64,000 nucleotides of DNA. Source: the human T2T-CHM13v2.0 reference genome, Homo sapiens. How positions within the stretch are numbered: position 1 is the stretch's first letter; each line of letters begins with the position of its first letter. The notes under the pieces were generated by a model. That model had not been told where the DNA came from. It saw only the letters and a list, made by a program, of their open reading frames with translations, and did not search any database. This document shows positions 1 through 16,986 of the stretch, in pieces. The translations under genes were made by a program, and so were the position numbers. Location: NCBI RefSeq assembly GCF_009914755.1, contig NC_060926.1. One strand, given 5' to 3'.

Positions 1-285
1 ATATTGTCATTGATATTTTAATCTCTAAGAGTCCATTCGGGTTATGTGTAGAGGGTTTAGACAGCTATTATATATTCATTCTTCAGCAGTTTTGGAAAAA
101 GTGACTTTTCAGCTTCTATATTTTAATTATTATTTGTTTCACCATGTTGGCCAGGCTGGTTTTGAACTCCTGAAGTCAGGTGATCCACCTGCCTCGGCCT
201 CCCAAAGTGTTGAGATTACAGGCATGAGCCACTGCGCCTGGCTGGATATATATACTTTTAATGTGGTATCTTTTATTTTTCTTAG

Positions 286-461
286 GAGCAAGTGGATTAC
301 ATCTCACTAAACATGAAAACTTTCATGGTGGGTTGGATGCCATATCAGTTGGGGATGGATTATTTACCATACTGACAACCCTTAGTAAAAAAGCTTCTAC
401 AGTCCACATGATGCTGCAGCCAATTTTAACATACATGGCCTGTGGATATATGGGCAGACAA
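286..461 (+). CDS. BIRC6: BIRC6 internal coding exon (GASGLHLTKHENF…YMGRQ)
   Basis: ttag|GA acceptor, CAA|gtaagt donor; 176 nt, phase 1→0; peptide recognised as BIRC6. Confidence 0.95.
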
Positions 462-1367
462 GTAAGTTCAAGCCAACAACAGTTGCAGTGATTCAAATAA
501 ATTTATTGCGATGTAAGTGGAAAATTACAGGACAAAGATAAATAAGTATATTTATTATATATCGGACAATGAAAAGCATCAGTACAAGAGGGCTGTGGAT
601 TATTAATAAAAGTTGGAGAATAAAGTTTCTTTGAAGTGGTATTTTCAGAGATGACCACAGTGATATAAGAGTAAAACATTTAATGTGTTCCTGAGTTTTA
701 GATTTTTTAATATAGTCTCAAGAAGTTCTTCTCTTTTTCCTAAAAGTAGCATAGTGTAATACTGAGGTGTTCTCCATAGATGTTATGTAAGAAGAAGTAA
801 TGTGAAATCTTTTGAAATTTATGTTGTGTATTCAGCTTCTTTTTTTTCCATTAAAAGAGATTAGGCTAATTAAAGAAAATAGGTTACAAAATTTTTCCTT
901 TTTGTATTTCATTTTTACAAATGAAATTGTAGGAACCAGATTATTTTACTTTCTTGTCCATTTCCCATTTTGAAATGCAGATATTAGAACAGTTTCTTAT
1001 GTCTTTTATATAGCAGTGTATAATTATCATTTTTGTAAACATTTGTTGAATGTGTATATTTCTCTATTAGAAAATACAAAGGTACTTTAAATGGTTCAAA
1101 TTTTAAATGAAATTGGTGTCTAAATGCATATTAAGAGAAAAGATAATAATGGATGAAGACACATGCTTTAAAAAATTCTCTGAGTTCAGGGAGATGGTTT
1201 TTTTATTCAGGTAAGATTTCTTATGTATTTTGGCAGACATTTTGTATTTAGCGTATTTAAGGCTGTCAGTTTACAAAAATTAACTAGGAAGGAATATTAC
1301 ATGCATTGAGTTTAGTTCTTATTCACAGGAATATATAAAGTCATAATATGCATATTTCATTTTTTAG

Positions 1368-1464
1368 GGCTCTCTTGCTACTTGCCAGTTATCTGAGCCA
1401 TTATTGTGGTTCATTTTGAGAGTATTGGATACTAGTGATGCCTTGAAAGCATTTCATGATATGG
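1368..1464 (+). CDS. BIRC6: BIRC6 exon (GSLATCQLSEPLLWFILRVLDTSDALKAFHDM)
   Basis: tttttag|GGC … ATG G|gtaaga; 97 nt, phase 0→1. Confidence 0.95.
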
Positions 1465-1614
1465 GTAAGATAATATTTCAATAACTATCATTTAAGTGTA
1501 GTTATGTGATAGTATGTTACATTTTCATTTTTGTAGTCTTTTGTGGAAGTTTACTTTTGATGTTGAACCATCTGTCCTGAGATCGATTTCATTTCATATT
1601 CTTTATAAATTTAG

Positions 1615-1809
1615 GTGGTGTTCAGCTCATATGCAATAATATGGTTACTAGTACAAGGGCTATTGTGAACACTGCAAGAAGTATGGTATCAACTATTATG
1701 AAATTTCTTGACTCTGGTCCAAATAAAGCTGTTGACAGCACATTGAAAACAAGAATACTAGCTTCTGAGCCTGACAATGCTGAAGGGATTCATAACTTTG
1801 CACCCCTCG
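1615..1809 (+). CDS. BIRC6: BIRC6 exon (GGVQLICNNMVTSTR…NFAPL)
   Basis: ttag|GT … CTC G|gtaaga; 195 nt, phase 1→1. Confidence 0.95.
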
Positions 1810-1981
1810 GTAAGAAAAGTGTTACTAAATCTTACTTATGTGAAATTATCTAGTTTATTAGCTGGTATGAAACAAAATTAGTTGAAGTCAGTTGATGATG
1901 TTATATATCACTATTTTAATTACAAACAGTTTATTTTAGAGGTAGTGGATATCTCGACATTCTACTTATGAGAGGGAATGC

Positions 1982-2354
<373 letters not shown>

Positions 2355-2454
2355 TAGAAGCACAATTTAAGAAACTAAACAGAGATTCTTCCGTAAGTTT
2401 TCTCTTTAAATGTTAATCAATTTTAAATCTCATTTTCCTTCTTAAAGTGGTGCT

Positions 2455-2603
2455 GTGTTTTGTTTTGAGAGAGTCTCACTCTCACCTAGGCTGGAGTGCA
2501 GTGGCACAGTGTCTCCCGGGTTCAGGCAATTCTCATGCCTCAGCCTCCTGAGTAGCTGGGATTGCAGGCGTGTTTCACCACACTGGGGCGGGGGGTGGGG
2601 GGG

Positions 2604-2662
<59 letters not shown>

Positions 2663-2781
2663 AGTAGAGATGGGGTTTCACCATGTTGTCCAGGCTGGTC
2701 TTGAACTCCTGGCCCCAAGTGATCCCCCACCTTGGCCTCCCAAAGTGTTAGGATTACAGGCATGAGCCACTGTGCCTGGCC
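2455..2781 (-). mobile_element. Alu with a (TG)n expansion in the middle linker
   Basis: Alu arms flank the (TG)n run at about 2609-2660. Confidence 0.85.
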
Positions 2782-2968
2782 TTAAAGTAGTACTATCTTT
2801 TTTAAAAGTTTTGAATTTAGGTATTTACTTTTTTATCTAGTTTACATAGTTTCTTTTAAATTTTTCTTTTCATATTTCTAAATCATAGACATTGACATCT
2901 TAGAATAAAGATGATTTTTTTAAAGGTGAAGGATATATTGGACATTGTTTTTTACTTAAAGAGTTTGA

Positions 2969-3313
<345 letters not shown>

Positions 3314-3587
3314 CTACGTTTATTGCTGTGTCTTTAGTTTTCGTGTATCATATGAGTACAAAGTAGACAGCAGTTAATAATGAACTTGTCACCTTGCCAG
3401 TTGACAGGATTTCCTCATGTTTTGTGAATACCTTTACGGTCATGCTTAGGATACTAAGTGCATTACCAGCATCAATTGTTCATGTTTTCAATTAATTTTT
3501 CTAGTTTAATTGTATTTGTATAGATTTTAAAGCTTTATTATGTTTCTTTTGCAAGTTCTTATAATTTATGTAAAATATCTTCTCTAG

Positions 3588-3788
3588 GTACAATCACATC
3601 TAGCAGTCCTACTGCCCAACCAGCTGAAGTGCTATTGCAGGCCACACCTCCTCACAGAAGAGCTCGCTCTGCTGCTTGGTCCTACATCTTTCTTCCAGAG
3701 GAGGCTTGGTGTGACCTTACCATTCACCTTCCTGCAGCAGTGCTGCTTAAGGAGATACATATCCAGCCTCATCTTGCATCTCTTGCAA
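3588..3788 (+). CDS. BIRC6: BIRC6 exon (GTITSSSPTAQP…QPHLASLA)
   Basis: tctctag|GT … GCA A|gtgagt; 201 nt, open frame. Confidence 0.95.
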
Positions 3789-5870
3789 GTGAGTAATATT
3801 TTATAAAGAAGCATCATGAGAACAAGCTTTAATTTAGAAATATTTGAAAATAAAAATGTTTAGTAAGCGGAAATACACTTAGGTGTGATTACCAGAGAGT
3901 GTAACTTCTGAACAGTTTTTATTGAAATAATTAATACTACCAAGTCATTTTAGGAGAAATGACTGTTAACCTCAGACAAAAAGATTATGTAATGAAGTCT
4001 AAACAAATATGTTCCAGTTATATATTATTTCGCTTTCTCTTTTCTCTCAAATTTACTAAGCTTCAGTATTAAGCTGAAATGAGTTCACTACACACCCATT
4101 TTTTACCATGTTAGTTTTTTCAGCCCAGACCTCAGTCCTAGCCTTGTAATGTGAAATTAGCATAGATTTGTGTGCCTGCCCTCCAACTTCTTTACAAGAT
4201 AACTACCTTTTTGAATAATATTATATTTTGACTACTTCAGTGTGATTTTAAGATTCATACTGTGTTTATTGTAATATGTCAGTATCCTTGTAATATTGTA
4301 TCATTCGTTTGTTGCATGTTCATTGAATACATTTTATTGAACTTTGTAAGGCAAATAATTCAAAATAATTTTTACAAAATACTATCACTTAAGAGCGTGA
4401 ACTCTTTCAAGTATTTATAAAGAATATGAAATACTCATTTGCTTTTTTTTTTGAGGCAGGGTCTCACTCTGTTGCCCAGGCTGGAGTGCAGTTTTGATAT
4501 ATCACTGTAGCCTTGACCCCTGAGGCTCAAATGATCCTCTCATCTCAGCCTCATGTATAGCTGGGACCACAGGCATGTACCACCATGCCTGGCTAAATTT
4601 TTGTATTTTTTTGTAGAGACGGGGTTTTGTTATGATGCCTAGGCTACTTTCAAACTCCTGGGCTCATGGGATCTACCTGCCTTGGCCTCCTAAAGTGCTG
4701 AGATTACAGGTGTGACTACTGCACCCAGCCCATTTTGTGTTTTATATGGTTCACAAATGCTTTCAATATAGTTATAATTTTGCCAGAATTGTTTAAATTA
4801 ATACACATGCTTACATTTATTGATTGATTCTCATTGCTATCAAATATCACTCAATAATTGCATGAGGAGCTGTGGGAAATGTTGTAGATTCCTGGCATCT
4901 TTGGAGAAAACAATTTTTTTCTATGTGTTTGCAAGATTAGACTGATATAGCTTAATTACTTGTGGCATCCACACTCCTTAGATAAAAAACAGATAATATA
5001 AAGGTAGAAGGAAAATATGCTAGTACACGGTGTTTTAGGAGGTCAAAAATAACTATATTAAAAGGCAAATATAAGTCAATGTAAGACTTAGGCTACCTCT
5101 AAAATTGGAAAGAGATTGCTTTTATTTGGAAAGCAAAGGAGTTTGGTCATAAGTGGTGGCTTTTGAAGTTCAGCTGGATTTTTCATATGGGAATTGAAAC
5201 AGGAAGCATATTATGAAGGGGGAACCCCTGTGAAAAATTAATTGGTTTAGGTGTTCCCTACTTAAGTGTACTTGATTACAAAATTTGGTTTTATTATTGG
5301 ATTAGAGCAGAAGTTGAAAATATGTTGTGATACAGTGGAAATAACAGTCTTTAGAATCAAACATGGACTTGAATCTAAGGTGTGACATTTCTTGTGGGAG
5401 CGTGGATTACTTAATCTCTTTTTGCTATGTCTGCTTGTGTAAAATGTAGATAATACTTTCCTCAAAAGGTTTTGAAGTAGAAATTTAAAAATTAACTTGA
5501 CTGTCTAGTAATCAGTGTAAAGCTGGCATGTAATTCCTTCTTTTTTTACCACTGAAATTAAAAATAAAACCAAATTTCAAAAGTTTTAGTTGACATATTT
5601 ATTAGATGGGGTTCCATGTTAAGCTAGAAATAAATAATTTTCTGGTAGTTCATTGGGGACTCCTTAAATTTCAGCAAGAATTGATTTTTTAAAAAAAATC
5701 CTGTGGATATTTGGTTTAATTTGAAAAGGAGGCTGGGCGCAGTGGGTCACACCTGTAATCCCAGCACTTTGGGAGGCTGCGGCAGGTGAATCACTTGAGG
5801 ACAGGAGTTCAAGACCAGCCTGGCTAACATGGCAAAACCCTGTCTCTACCAAAAGTACAAAAATTACCTA

Positions 5871-6014
<144 letters not shown>

Positions 6015-6562
6015 TCAGGAAAACAAAACAAAACAAACAAAAAAAAATTTCTAAACTCAGCTGTGAGGTTAAACTCAATGTTTAAAAAAATCACAATCTA
6101 GTAGTAATAGAATAATTGGTAGATAAACAAGTTTTATTACATTTTTCCCCAAATTATTTAAAATAGTAAACCATAGCATATTAATCAAAGGTAGTTTTGT
6201 ATTATTTGTGATAATTTTGAGTAAAATAGAAATGATGACATAATTACCTATTTGGCTGGTTTTATTCATAGGGAGCATCAGGTACATGTGCATCACACAT
6301 CTTTGGTTCCTCTTTTTTTAGGTGAATATTAGACTGTTTAAGTATAATTTTTATTGTAGATCAAATATTTTGTGTTGAAAAATAGCTCCAACATTAATTA
6401 TGGTGAAAGTCATTGTCAAACTATATTTTGTTGTATAAGTTTTCCTTTTACAAGTTCATGATGAATACAACTGTGAAAGCTGCTATTTTACTGGGATTTT
6501 AATAAACTGTTCAATCTAGTATACTTTGTCTTTTGTGATGATTCAGTTTTCTCTTTTTATAG

Positions 6563-6842
6563 CCTGCCCTTCCTCAGTGTCTGTTGAAGTAAGTGCAGAT
6601 GGGGTAAATATGCTACCTTTGTCCACTCCTGTTGTCACAAGTGGCCTCACCTACATAAAAATTCAGCTTGTAAAAGCCGAAGTAGCTTCTGCTGTCTGCC
6701 TTAGACTACATCGTCCACGGGATGCCAGCACATTAGGCCTTTCACAAATTAAATTATTGGGGCTCACTGCTTTTGGTACCACCTCTTCTGCAACAGTTAA
6801 TAATCCATTCCTTCCATCTGAAGATCAGGTATCCAAAACAAG
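6563..6842 (+). CDS. BIRC6: BIRC6 exon (TCPSSVSVEVSADG…DQVSKT)
   Basis: tttatag|CC … ACA AG|gtatgt; 280 nt, phase 1→2. Confidence 0.95.
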
Positions 6843-7384
6843 GTATGTTTTGTTTGTCCTTTTTTTTTTTTTTTTTTTTTTTTTTGGCATGGTTGGGAGA
6901 TAGGGGACTTAATTATTTTGTGGGTTTTTTCTTTTTTAGGTCTTAGGAAGGTCTTTGTTCCATAGGTATCTGTATAATACAATTTTATTAGGTGTAATAG
7001 AGACAGTTTTGTGGAAACAGAATGCTGACACTGATTAAAATTAAGGTGTATATATGTTTAGTCTTTGAGATGATCTGTATGCTACATGTAGGTGTACATT
7101 GTAATTTTCTGGCTTGTAATTTTTTGTATCATACTCTGTTTCGGGAATTTGCAAATGCCTATGACCAGCCTATGACATCTGAACCATACCAACTGACCTT
7201 AGAAACAGCGACCTAGTCTTATATGGTAATTCCTAAATGTTAGTTAACAGAAGGATTATGTCTGAACCAAACTAACAAGGACCCAAATATATTTTTTAAT
7301 CAACATTTTTCTGATAAATTTTGACAGCTGGATGTTTTATAGATGGATTTTATTGAAAGTTCTGCCTGATAAAAATGAATTTAA

Positions 7385-8135
<751 letters not shown>

Positions 8136-8320
8136 ATGATTTATCTTATAGGGGAAACTTACTGTCTGTTTACTTAATTTGCAGCATTCTAAAAAAACAT
8201 GTCTTAGATTGGTTAATGCTGTTTATGAAACACAACATGCTGATCTTTAAAAAGTTATGTTCTACCCCGAAGTGATTTGAGCGACTTATATTGATCATAC
8301 AAGTCATTTTGTATTTTCAG

Positions 8321-8577
8321 TATTGGATGGTTACGGTTATTACATCATTGCCTTACTCACATAAGTGATCTAGAAGGAATGATGGCAAGTGCAGCTGCAC
8401 CTACTGCTAATCTGCTGCAGACTTGTGCGGCCTTATTGATGTCACCTTACTGTGGAATGCATTCACCCAACATCGAGGTTGTGCTTGTAAAGATAGGACT
8501 GCAGTCTACTAGAATTGGCCTGAAGCTCATAGACATTCTCCTGAGAAATTGTGCAGCATCAGGCAGTGATCCTACAG
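8321..8577 (+). CDS. BIRC6: BIRC6 exon (SIGWLRLLHHCL…ASGSDPT)
   Basis: ttttcag|T … ACA G|gtgata; 257 nt, phase 2→1. Confidence 0.95.
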
Positions 8578-9108
8578 GTGATAATTAACTTTGATATTTA
8601 AATGTTTACATATCTGTAAAGTAACAGCAGTTGAACTGTGCGATCTTCGTGCTTAACTCTGTTTTGGGAATTATTTTTTCTTTTAGTTTATGTTTATCTC
8701 TCCTCTCTTCTCTGATGGAGTCTCACTCTGTTGCCCAGGCTGGAGTGCAGTGGCGCAATCTTGGCTCACTACAACCTCCACCTCCCTAGTAGCTGGGATT
8801 ACAGGCATCTGCCACCACACCCGGCTAATTTTTGTATTTTTAGTAGAGATGGGGTTTCTCCATATTGATCAGGCTGGTTTTGAACTCCTGACCTCAGGTG
8901 ATCCACCCACCTTGGCCTCCCAGAGTGCTGGGATTACACGTGTGAACCACTGCACCCAGCCTAGTTTCATTATTTTTAGAGTTTGTTCTGTGTTGTTGGA
9001 ATTTATGGAAGCCTCATTTTTAATGAATAACTTAATTCAATTAAGTAAATCTTCCCATGGTTAACTTGCTTATTTAGCAAACTTTTTCTTTGGATTCTTT
9101 GTTGCAAG

Positions 9109-9217
9109 ATTTGAATAGTCCTTTACTTTTTGGAAGACTAAATGGACTCTCTTCTGACTCTACGATAGATATTCTTTACCAGCTTGGAACAACTCAGGAT
9201 CCTGGTACAAAAGACAG
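9109..9217 (+). CDS. BIRC6: BIRC6 exon (DLNSPLLFGRLNG…PGTKD)
   Basis: gcaag|AT (AAG acceptor) … GAC AG|gtacga; 109 nt, phase 1→2. Confidence 0.93.
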
Positions 9218-9769
9218 GTACGATTTTATTTTTCATTTAATTAAGCACACACATGCACATAATCATGCTATAGTAAATGTTTCTGACAGTTTTTCCTTAG
9301 ATGATCTCATAAAAGACAATACTGTGATATATTGTATGTTTACCATATGCCTCACACGATGTAACTTCTGCAAGTATTCATGAACATTAGACATACGTTT
9401 GTATGTGTTTGGACATACTTTAAGCAAATTTGAACTTAAATAGAATTCTTTGTTAATACTGCTTTTGAGGAATGGAATAAAACATATATTTTTAAGTTGG
9501 CTACGTGTGAAAGGAACCTTGTAAAGTGATGGTATCAGAGTCATACTGTCTTAGGTAGTACTTTATATGTGTATATGAATGTAGGGATATTGTGTCTGTA
9601 GTTGGTACTTCAACTGTTTTTATAATGGTTCTGTTTATTTATTATTGATTATCGTATTCATCGAAATCTTTTCATGACTTTCTGCACCCTTTCCTGCTGT
9701 TTACAGAATGAAACAATATCATAACATGTAAATGACATTTGAACACATTGGCTAAATATTTAGTGATTT

Positions 9770-9812
<43 letters not shown>

Positions 9813-10057
9813 CATTTAGGTAATTTTAATGAGTTGTCCTAATGTCATTCTACCTTGATGTCTTCTACTTCCAAATTGATACCAACTTGAATTTTTGTTT
9901 GTTTTGTTTTGAGATGGAGTCTTGCTCTGTTGCCCAGGCTGGAGCGCAGTGGTGCAATCTTGGCTCACTGCAAGCTCCACCTTCTGGGTTCATGCCATTC
10001 TTCTGCCTCAGCCTCCTGAGTAGCTGGGTCTACAGGCGACCACCACTATGACTGACT

Positions 10058-10088
<31 letters not shown>

Positions 10089-11517
10089 GTATTTTTAGTA
10101 GAGACGGGGCTTTACCGTGTTAGTCAGGATGGTCTCAATCTCCTGACCTCATGATCCGCCCACCTCAGGCCTCCCAAGTGCTGGGATTACAGGCATGAGC
10201 CACCGCACCCGGCCAACTTGAAGTAGTTTTGAAACATATTTTTGTTGATAAATTTTTGAGCAAATATTTGGCATTCTCTGTTTTTATGTGTAGCATCCAT
10301 ATTAGAAAAACAGAGAGATTTCTTCCTGATTTATGTTACTTTTTAATATTTTGATTAATTATGTTTAAAATGAAGTCATTTGATGTTTTATTAATATCTT
10401 TATAAATTATTAAAATTATGGATTACATTTAAACATAGATTGCAATTGTTTTTGATGAAGTGAATAACAATTTGTGCCAAATTTGAATCATAATCGTTAG
10501 TAGTGGTTAAAATATATTTAAAATATCAGTGTTAAATATTTTTCCAGAACAGGTTGCTTGAAATCTGTTAGGATTATTTAATTTTTAAATATTGTTGTGG
10601 CTTTTTAATAAGAAGAAAATTAAGCTTAATTCATTTTCTCTGCATAGTACTTTTTAAAACATGAATGTTTGTTATATAAAACTGACATTAATGACAAGGT
10701 TGTTAGACTGAGAAAAATGTCTTCCTTGTCTTCTGAATTCTCTTTATTCCCCATCATGTGAAATTGAAAGTCTTATCTTTCAGAATTAGTATTATATACC
10801 TTCCTATCCCTGTTTCTTTTAGTGTGAAGCCAAGAATCTTATATTCTGAAATAGAAATTGAAGGAAAATAAACAAAATGTAAACACAGTGTTTTAAGAAC
10901 TTGAGAAATCTAAAAGTCTTTCGCTCCCAGGTTGTGGTTCAAAATTGGGTGTGTTTTACTGGTTCCCAACTCCAGGAGATTGGGATTAGTGGGGTTAGTT
11001 GACCTATAATCTTGTTATTAATGTTAGTTCTAAATGACAGATACCTGTATTTTTAAAAGTACTATGCAGAGAAAATAAATTAAGCTTAATTTCCATCTTA
11101 TAAAAATTATACTTAAAAAAAATATGTAAGTGTTGAGAGTGTATTCTGTTGTCAGAATGAATGAGTGTGGGTGGCTATTACTAGTATTTAATGCTAGGGT
11201 CCAGGGATGTGAAACGTGCTGTATTTCATGAGACTTTGCACAATGAAGAATTAGTCCCAGATCACTGTTCTAGTATGTTATCTCAAACCTTTTGATGGTT
11301 GAAATTGGTAAGGTTATTGGAAAATTGGAACTGGAACTAGTATGTCTTTGTTGCCGAGAGATTTCCTTTTTTTCCTATTTTAGATTAAAATAATCAAAAA
11401 CAATTAGTGCATTATTCTCATAAATACCCTACTCACCATGCAGAGATGGTATTTATCTATATGAAATGCCAATTGCACTATATAGTTGGTTATATGAATT
11501 CGTTTTCTTCGTTTAAG

Positions 11518-11739
11518 AATTCAGGCCTTGTTAAAATGGGTTAGTGATTCTGCAAGAGTGGCTGCTATGAAGAGAAGTGGCAGGATGAACTACATGTGTC
11601 CTAACTCCTCAACAGTAGAGTATGGTCTTCTGATGCCATCTCCTTCTCATTTGCACTGTGTAGCAGCCATTCTGTGGCATAGTTATGAGCTGCTTGTAGA
11701 ATATGACTTACCAGCACTCCTGGACCAAGAGCTCTTTGA
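11518..11739 (+). CDS. BIRC6: BIRC6 exon (RIQALLKWVSDS…DQELF)
   Basis: tttaag|A (AAG acceptor) … TTT GA|gtaagt; 222 nt, phase 2→2. Confidence 0.93.
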
Positions 11740-12077
11740 GTAAGTATGATTTGTGAAATCTTTTTTATCCCCCAGTACTAGATCAGTTAGTGTTCACTTG
11801 ATAAAACAAAATATTTTACATGTTTATTAGGAGAAACATAATATTTTGAAAGTAGCAAATATAATCAAGTATACTTTTGAAATGAATTGTCAAATATTAA
11901 TTTATCTTTGTGTTTTAAGAAGATATGTTAGCAGTACTGCCTTCTTTTTTTTAACCTAAAATTATGCTTAATGTAGATGTTGCTGTGGTTCATAGTGTTT
12001 ATTCTCAGTTGCAAATTTTCCCACCAGATTATCTTTAATGTACAACTCTGGCAGGATAGTACAGCTAGACAACTTTG

Positions 12078-12920
<843 letters not shown>

Positions 12921-13576
12921 CAAAAATGTAAAGCTAGAAAATTTGAGACTTTTCTAGATTGTCCTTTTGACAAGTAGTTTTTATTTACCCACATTTCTTC
13001 ACCATATTTAGCTAAGTCTTTGCTGAACTTACTGATAGCTAACTATTAAGTCTGCAGCAGAATACATTTTTGAAGAGTTCCTGTGACACATAAAAAGTAG
13101 GCCTATTGTTCTCTGGTAGGTCATCATATTTGGCCTTAGCGATTGGCATAATCCATGACTTAATTACTGAGCCTCACTGGTAGTTTTTTATTTGCAAACA
13201 TGAATTTAAGCCATTTGTCATGTGGAATTTAACGTAAACATTTGTTTGGCATGATTTTTTTGTTTGTTTGTTTCTCTACATGACCTTTTCAGGTCACACA
13301 GAATGATAGAACCATTTTAAAATAATTTACTTGATTTTCTGTACTCATTGACAAGTCTAACTCAACTTGCATTGTACCTACATTCTTCAATTTTAAATAT
13401 ATATATGTGTGTCTATATATATATATATGCAGTCTTAAATCTTACAATGTTTTATTATTCAATGTCAAATAAAGTATATAATGTCAGAGTATACTTTGAA
13501 CTATAACAGAAATATTTGAAATAGTTTCTTCTAAAAATATACTTGTATCATTAATATGATATCTTTTATTTTTTAG

Positions 13577-14357
13577 GTTACTTTTTAATTGGTCCATGTC
13601 TCTTCCCTGCAATATGGTTTTGAAGAAAGCTGTTGACAGTCTACTTTGCTCAATGTGTCACGTACACCCAAACTATTTTTCTTTGCTCATGGGCTGGATG
13701 GGAATTACCCCTCCTCCAGTGCAATGTCATCATAGACTGTCCATGACAGATGATAGCAAAAAGCAGGATCTTAGTTCATCTTTAACAGATGACTCTAAAA
13801 ATGCACAAGCACCTCTCGCATTAACTGAATCACATTTGGCTACCCTTGCTTCCTCTTCTCAATCTCCTGAAGCTATTAAACAATTACTAGACTCAGGTTT
13901 GCCTTCTCTTCTTGTGAGGAGTCTGGCTAGTTTCTGCTTTAGCCACATTTCTAGCTCAGAAAGCATTGCCCAGTCAATAGATATTTCCCAGGACAAACTC
14001 AGGCGCCATCATGTCCCACAACAATGTAATAAGATGCCTATCACAGCCGACCTAGTTGCTCCTATTCTTAGGTTTTTGACAGAAGTTGGCAATAGCCATA
14101 TTATGAAAGATTGGCTTGGTGGTTCTGAAGTCAATCCACTATGGACAGCACTTCTGTTTTTATTGTGTCACTCTGGGTCCACTTCTGGAAGCCATAATTT
14201 AGGTGCACAACAGACCAGTGCAAGATCAGCTTCTCTTTCTTCAGCTGCTACAACAGGACTGACTACTCAACAGCGCACAGCAATTGAGAATGCAACTGTT
14301 GCGTTCTTTCTACAGTGCATTTCATGCCATCCTAATAATCAAAAGCTGATGGCACAG
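13577..14357 (+). CDS. BIRC6: BIRC6 large exon (ELLFNWSMSLPC…QKLMAQ)
   Basis: ttttag|G … CAG|gtaaga; 781 nt, phase 2→0; overlaps the 268-aa ORF of the track. Confidence 0.96.
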
Positions 14358-14818
14358 GTAAGACAAAAAAATAACTTACATTTTAGTTGTTTTATTACAT
14401 AAGAAAGGGCCATGTATAAAGGCCAGGTAATAATAAATTTAGTGAGGGTTGAGTGCCTTTAAGGATCTGAATTTAAGCTATAAAGTACTGATATCTCCTT
14501 TCTCCCCCTCAAAATATGCTGTCACTGGAATCACTTATTCTTTATGATGAGATGACTAGCAGATGCATTGGGATGCTAGCTAGATCATACAACCCTTATT
14601 TTCAAAAATTTCTACAAACAAAAAGAAAAAGCCCAAAAAAACATTTCAGCTGCTGGAACAGTATGGACACTGATCACTGAGTACTGTATGTGCCTTGAGG
14701 CATTGTGTTTTTGTGTAACGAGATTGCCATACTGATAGTTTGCTTCTCTTTACATGGGCATTAGATTAGGTTTCAGATAGGAGACTCCACATAAATCACA
14801 TACAAAATGTGGAAGATA

Positions 14819-15206
<388 letters not shown>

Positions 15207-16842
15207 TTATCATATATTATGATTATCATAATAAGCTGGGTGTGGTGGATTGTCATATATTATGATAATCATAATTTATTATTTATCATAATAAATTAAA
15301 TCCTGAAAGGTAGAATTATTTCAAGAGTAATTCTAGTTGGCTTTTTGCCAAATTTTGCTTTTGGTTACCTCACGTGACCTTGGGCATATTGGTTAATCTT
15401 ATAACATGGGGCTAGCAATACCTGCCTCAAGGATTTTTTGAGACAGTTAAATATTTTAATTTGTGTAACATACCTAGCATAGAGCCTATATGAGATATGG
15501 TAGACACTAGTAAATAACTTTTCTCCTTGTTATTTAATAGTGCTCATTCAAGTCAAACTTTAGTAGTACCTAGAAAAATAGATAATATAATTTTTATAAA
15601 ATATTGAAGGAGTTAGTTTTATTAAGAAGAAGGGCAGGTCGGGTGCTGTGGCTTATACCTATAATCCCAGCTCTTTGGGAAGCCAAGGCGGGTGGAACAC
15701 TTGAGCTTAGAAGTTTGAGGCCAGTTTTGACAACATGGCAAAACCTCCTGTCTACCAAAAAAAGAAATCATAACCAAAATTAGCCGGGCATGGTGATACG
15801 TGCCTTTGGTCTCAGCTACTCAGGAGGCTTGAGGTGGGAGGATCACTTGAGCCTAGGAGGTTGAGGCTGTAGTGAGCTGAGATCACACCACTGCCCTCCA
15901 TCCTGGGCGACAGAGCGAGACCCTGTCTCAACAAAAACCTAAACAAAACAGAGGAAGAAGAGAAAGATATTTTACTGCCTGTAGTAATTAATTACTGGGA
16001 AAATATCTCTGCTAAATATGCATTAAAAGGAAATGCTTAAATTACCAACTTCACCCGAGGGCATGATTCTAGGTATTTGAAAATTTGGTTTGTGCTTCTG
16101 GGTAGCATGAACTCTTTGTGTCCCATTGATTTCTCTCTTGGTTTCTTAGTAAGGCTTTATATACATTTTGGGGGTGAGGTGGGGCAGGATCTCTCTCTGT
16201 TGCCCAGGCCTGTAGTGCAGTTGCACAATCAGTGAGCCGTGGCTCACTGAAACTTTCGGGCTCAAGAAGTCCTGCCTCAGCCTCCCAAGTAGCTGGGACT
16301 ACTGGCACATGCCACCATGCCCAGCTTATTTTTTTTTGGTTGGGGGAGTGGGTAGAGACAGGGTTTCACCACGTTGCCTAGGCTGGTCTGGAATTCCTGG
16401 GCTCAAATGATCTCTTCTCTTAGTTTCCCAAAGTTCTGAGATTATCAGCATGACCTTGGCCTTGTTATATATTTTTAATATGCTTTTTCTCATAATTTTT
16501 ATTTTAAGATAACCACACCAATATTGACTAAAGTTAACGGGAGTTCGTTATGCTAGGTATTCATTATGTGCAAACCGTTTAGTACTAATTTTTTCTAACC
16601 CTGGACACGTTTCTTACACTTTTATCTCCTTTGGTATTCATATATTTTAAGATAAAATCATTTCTTTCCTCCTTAAAAAAAAAAAACTTAACTACTAGAC
16701 CCCCAGAGACATTTGTTCTTTAGCTACTGATTTGATATGTTAAAATAAACTTATTCATATTTTCTGTTTCCTTTTTATCTTTCAAAATAAAAAGCTGCAT
16801 ATAAATCTTGCATTTAACTTTTTAAATATTTTGTCTTGCCAG

Positions 16843-16986
16843 GTTCTTTGTGAACTATTTCAGACATCTCCTCAAAGAGGGAACCTTCCAACATCTGGGA
16901 ACATTTCAGGGTTTATACGAAGATTATTTTTACAGTTGATGCTGGAAGATGAGAAAGTGACAATGTTTCTTCAGTCTCCATGTCCA
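16843..16986 (+). CDS. BIRC6: BIRC6 exon (VLCELFQTSPQRG…QSPCP)
   Basis: gccag|GTT … CCA|gtgagt; 144 nt, phase 0→0. Confidence 0.95.

Noticed and set aside
6925-6970. Possible micro-exon (cttttttag|gtcttagg…catag|gtatct)
   Set aside because: 26 nt, weak donor, and the BIRC6 frame is complete without it; no support from sequence alone
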